A stretch of DNA of 27,349 nucleotides from a virus. Taxonomy: Duplodnaviria > Caudoviricetes. Made by a program: the position numbers and the translations under genes. The notes below the pieces were generated by a model. That model had not been told where the DNA came from, made no database searches, and was given only the letters and a program-made list of their open reading frames with translations. The stretch covers positions 1-27,349 of the IMG/VR virus record IMGVR_UViG_3300032283_000156. One strand, 5' to 3'. Positions 24,141 to 27,349 of this stretch are shown piece after piece. How positions within the stretch are numbered: the first letter of the stretch is position 1; every line of letters begins with the position of its first letter.

Positions 24141-25309
24141 GCCTGCGGCTCCTGCCCGACCGTGCCGATGTTCAGCGGCTGGCGGAAGGCGTCACCATCA
24201 GGGCCGACTGGTGGGCGATCCTCAAGGGTGCGCACTTCGTTCAGGCTCAAGAAGCCGTTGTTGAGTGCGACGGCGTAGGAGTCGAATCGCTCCTTGGTCA
24301 ACGGTCGCAGCATGCTGTCAACGTTGAACTTCAAGAAGGTGGTGTCGCCTACGATGAGCCGCTGGAAGCCTGCTTCAAGGCGAGCAATCAGCGAGCCGAG
24401 TCCGAGCATCAGCCACTCACGTGAAACAATCTCCAAGCTGTTGTATGACGAATTAGCACCCGGGAGTTGAAGCAGGTGCAGCGGGATGCCGTAGAGTCGG
24501 GCGATCGCCTGCGTGCCTGCTTCCATGTTCTCAACGATTGCCAAGTCTGATGGGTTGAAGCCCATGCTCTGATAGTCGGCGCCCCCCGTTAGGACGGCGA
24601 TCTTGTGCATGTTGCGAAGCCCTTCGTGACGTCGTCCGAACGATGCGCGCAGGCTCTCTGCCTGATCCGCAGTCAGTTCCCCCGGCACGGTTACGAGCCC
24701 GCTGACGGACGCGCCCTGCTCAAAGAACTTGGCGGCGTACTCTGTCGTAGCCTTCGCAAGTCCGAGCGTTGTCTTGTGATGCTCAACTGGTGAGAGCCCG
24801 CGCAGTTCTTCGCCCACTCCGAAGAGCGTGATGTGCACGATGTCGTCAGCGGTCAAGTCAACTGCGCCCGCCGTCGTCTTCACCCGATAGACTGGCGCGC
24901 CATTCTCGCCGCGCAACACGGTCACCTTTCTCGGATCAAGGAGGCGAATCTCGACAATCTCGGCACCATCACGCAGCACCATCAAGAAGGCGTTGCCGTC
25001 AATCAGCAAGCTGCTGACCGTGCGGTGCATCAGGTCAAAGCGGGTGTAGTTCGGATTGTTTGGCACTGGGTTATCCAGCCAGCGCGGGCGGGTCACTGGG
25101 CGGCGTACACCACCATCACGGATAAAGACGCCGACGGGCATGCTTGCCACGGTGTTGGCGTAGAGCATCACGGATGCATACAAGGCCCCGATGCTGGTGG
25201 CGTTCTTCTCGTTGAGACTGGTACCAGCGGCGTCAACTTCAACGTTCCACATGCCGCCCACGGCTCGCTCTTCGCTCTGACGTCCAAGAAGACGGTCAAC
25301 GATTCCCAT
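24137..25309 (-). CDS. Portal protein, HK97 family
   Basis: LLIDGNAF, GLSPV, IARLYGIPLHLL, GFLSLNEVRTLEDRPPV. Confidence 0.95.
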   Translation of the reverse strand: MGIVDRLLGRQSEERAVGGMWNVEVDAAGTSLNEKNATSIGALYASVMLYANTVASMPVGVFIRDGGVRRPVTRPRWLDNPVPNNPNYTRFDLMHRTVSSLLIDGNAFLMVLRDGAEIVEIRLLDPRKVTVLRGENGAPVYRVKTTAGAVDLTADDIVHITLFGVGEELRGLSPVEHHKTTLGLAKATTEYAAKFFEQGASVSGLVTVPGELTADQAESLRASFGRRHEGLRNMHKIAVLTGGADYQSMGFNPSDLAIVENMEAGTQAIARLYGIPLHLLQLPGANSSYNSLEIVSREWLMLGLGSLIARLEAGFQRLIVGDTTFLKFNVDSMLRPLTKERFDSYAVALNNGFLSLNEVRTLEDRPPVGPDGDAFRQPLNIGTVGQEPQA

Positions 25310-25317
25310 GTGACTCC

Positions 25318-26937
25318 TTACAACTCAATGAACGCGACTGATGCGCGCGGCTTCTCCGCAGGTGTTGCGCCTAGCGTAGCAGCACGCCCCCACGCCATAA
25401 TGGCTGCCACGCACAAGTCAATCTTCTTGCCTGCGTCCTTGCCCTTGCGCACCTGTACGCCGTAGCGCGTAGTGTACGGCGTGGCTTGGCTGACGTGCCG
25501 GGCGATGCGTGGATCACCGTCATGCTTGAGCCTTCCGTTCACCACGGCATCGTAGAAGGCAGCAGTCGCTGGGGTCATACGCGCTGGGCTCTGAGGATGC
25601 TCAACGACGGGAAGGCCCGCTTGCTGCCAGCGTTCCATGACGGACTGCCACCTGAACGGGTCGCAGTTGATCTCGCGCACGTCATACGTTTTGCAGAGTT
25701 CTTCCATGCGCATCTCGACCTCCTCAACGGGGACGCGCCAACTGAGGTCGTCGATCGGACGCTCCCACAATCCGAGCACGAAGACGGCGGAGTCAGTGGT
25801 GCGCACGCCGACGATCGCGGTGGAGTCGTTGCTGAAGGAGCCGTCGAATCCGATCACCAGCGGGTCACCATCTTGCAGCTGCAGGCTGGTGTCGGCGCAG
25901 GCGTCCCACGTCCCAGCAGGCAAGAACGCTTGTCCAGATGCAGCGAACTGGTTCAGGCGCTTCGTCCGAAACTCCGCCTCAGGGGTGCGCATCTTCGCTG
26001 AGGTCAAGTCTTCAAGGCTTAGCAGTGGCGGCGTTGAGAGCAGTCCGGGGTTGGCTTGCGCCCACTTCTCGGGGTGCGTGTAGGCGTCTTCGTCGGCTTC
26101 GTACCACGCCATCCCAAGCGTCGGGTCGTCATGCTCGCCCGTGATGCGACGGCGTGCCAACTGGTAGAGCGTGAACGCAATGGAGTCCATGCCCGTCTGA
26201 TCCGTGCGCTGCCCAGCCGTGGTAATCGCCAAGAAGAGCGGGCTGCGTCGGGCGCCCATGGAGAGCGAGAGCACGTCAAACAAGTCACGGTTGGGCCATG
26301 CTGCCAACTCATCTGCCAGCACTAGCGTGGCGCTGAGTCCTTCTTTCGTGTATGCCTCAGACGACAACGCGCGCCAGATGGTGCCCGTGGGCTTGAACTC
26401 CAGCGTGTCACGGAAGACTCGAATCTGCTCAGCCAGCATGGGGCTCATCTCAACTGCGCGCTTGGCGTGTGCCATGACGAGCTTCGCCTGATCACGGTCG
26501 GCAGCAGCCGAGTAGATTTCACCACCCTGATCGCCGAAGAGTCCAAGCGCCAGCGGCACCGTTGAGAGCAGCGCCGTCTTCCCGTTCTTGCGGGCTGCGC
26601 CCACCATGAAGAAGCGGTGCGTGTAGGTGCCGTCTGCCTTGCGTGCTAAGGCGTGGCGCAGCAGGTTGCGCTGCCATGGTCGGAAGGTGATCGGCTCGCC
26701 TGAGAGTCCGCCGATCGAGTCCTTGGCGATGGGCACCAGTGCCTCACCAAAGTCAGCCACTTGATCGCCCTGCGAGCGGTCAAGGTCAGCCTGCGCAGTA
26801 GGCGTCAGCCAGCGCGGGGGCCAGTCGGGAGTGCTGCGAACTTCTCCCGAAACTCTTCGAGCAGCGTCCTTGCCTGCACCATTGCGATGCCGAGCCTTGC
26901 GCGGTCGCTCGGCGTCAGTCCCAGTGAGCTCATCCAC
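25318..26937 (-). CDS. terL: Terminase large subunit (start uncertain)
   Basis: RPWQ, ARKNGKT Walker A, LADELAAW Walker B, ITTAG, IGFDGS..DSTA nuclease motif, KIDLCVAAIMA. Confidence 0.95.
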   Translation of the reverse strand: MDELTGTDAERPRKARHRNGAGKDAARRVSGEVRSTPDWPPRWLTPTAQADLDRSQGDQVADFGEALVPIAKDSIGGLSGEPITFRPWQRNLLRHALARKADGTYTHRFFMVGAARKNGKTALLSTVPLALGLFGDQGGEIYSAAADRDQAKLVMAHAKRAVEMSPMLAEQIRVFRDTLEFKPTGTIWRALSSEAYTKEGLSATLVLADELAAWPNRDLFDVLSLSMGARRSPLFLAITTAGQRTDQTGMDSIAFTLYQLARRRITGEHDDPTLGMAWYEADEDAYTHPEKWAQANPGLLSTPPLLSLEDLTSAKMRTPEAEFRTKRLNQFAASGQAFLPAGTWDACADTSLQLQDGDPLVIGFDGSFSNDSTAIVGVRTTDSAVFVLGLWERPIDDLSWRVPVEEVEMRMEELCKTYDVREINCDPFRWQSVMERWQQAGLPVVEHPQSPARMTPATAAFYDAVVNGRLKHDGDPRIARHVSQATPYTTRYGVQVRKGKDAGKKIDLCVAAIMAWGRAATLGATPAEKPRASVAFIEL

Positions 26938-27290
26938 TTGTAGATTCTCTCCTCCGTTGCGGTGCGCATCCCCCAAGCCGGGTGAGCGTAGGCGTAGCCC
27001 TTGTCCGTGTAGAGTACTACGCCGTCGACTTCCAGCCGCGCAGTCAGTTGCGCCAGCATCTGCTCATCCTTGCAGAGCATCGTCAACGCTTCGCGGTCGG
27101 ACTCGGCAAGCCAGTCGCACGCCGACGTGATGCGCAGCCAGACGCCCTGACCTACGGGGTCAAGCCCCTCAGGCAGCGTCAGATTGTTCAATGGAGCCAC
27201 GCCAGCGCCCTGCTTGGCGGGCATGCGTGACGGCTTCAACGTGCCACGCTTCGCCTTGATTTCGTTCGGCACCGGTTTAGGCGACGCCAT
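26805..27290 (-). CDS. terS: Terminase small subunit (P27-like), 161 aa
   Basis: PKPVPNEIK..RGT, AHPA, LGLTPSDRARL; start at ATG 27290. Confidence 0.92.
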   Translation of the reverse strand: MASPKPVPNEIKAKRGTLKPSRMPAKQGAGVAPLNNLTLPEGLDPVGQGVWLRITSACDWLAESDREALTMLCKDEQMLAQLTARLEVDGVVLYTDKGYAYAHPAWGMRTATEERIYKWMSSLGLTPSDRARLGIAMVQARTLLEEFREKFAALPTGPRAG

Positions 27291-27341
27291 AAAACCCCCA
27301 CCCCCCACGGTTGGACACGCACACGCGGGGCTCGTCGCTGG

Positions 27342-27349
27342 ATACCTTG
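27342..27349. repeat. Terminal direct repeat ATACCTTG, right copy (candidate cos site)
   Basis: Identical to positions 1-8. Confidence 0.7.

Larger units (their letters stand above)
1..27349 (-). mobile_element. Apparently complete tailed bacteriophage genome (HK97-type head, siphovirus-like tail)
   Basis: Full packaging, head, tail, lysis and recombination gene set on one strand; HNH at one end and terS at the other; 8-nt terminal direct repeat; no host genes. Confidence 0.93.

Noticed and set aside
27291-27310. G-rich tract as a G-quadruplex or as an N-terminal MGGGGF extension of TerS
   Set aside because: Only two G-runs; better explained as cos-proximal or ribosome-binding sequence before ATG 27290.
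1-27349. tRNA, rRNA, integrase/att site, methyltransferase or known defence system
   Set aside because: No cloverleaf or diagnostic motifs seen and almost no intergenic space; a covariance-model scan would be needed to exclude small RNAs fully.

Overview
The window looks like one essentially complete, high-GC (roughly 60-65% by eye), 27.3-kb tailed phage genome with an HK97-type head and a short non-contractile tail. All credible genes (about 45, mostly translationally coupled) lie on the minus strand. Read right to left: terS, terL, portal, prohead protease, major capsid, neck and collagen-like fibre, tail tube, frameshifting chaperone, short tape measure, hub, chaperone-bearing receptor-binding protein, a membrane/lysis block, metallophosphoesterase, an early promoter with many tiny Zn-finger and membrane proteins, YqaJ exonuclease plus Rad52-like annealase, initiator-like protein, dNMP kinase, resolvase-like nuclease, RlpA-like protein, an HTH/HExxH pair and a packaging HNH. 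The two ends share an 8-nt direct repeat at the HNH/terS junction, where a cos site is expected. I recognise no integrase, DNA polymerase, helicase, primase or methyltransferase. Most notable: (1) a HAD phosphatase fused in frame to the prohead protease, with a second internal start; (2) a C39-like peptidase endolysin fused in frame to a holin-like domain, also with a candidate internal start; (3) a secreted, stalked PA14 lectin-like protein with small membrane partners inside the lysis block; (4) near-total absence of CCWGG and GGWCC sites. All calls come from reading motifs by eye, with no database search. The host is unknown; high GC and no recognisable spanins suggest a monoderm such as Actinomycetota or Chloroflexota (inference).
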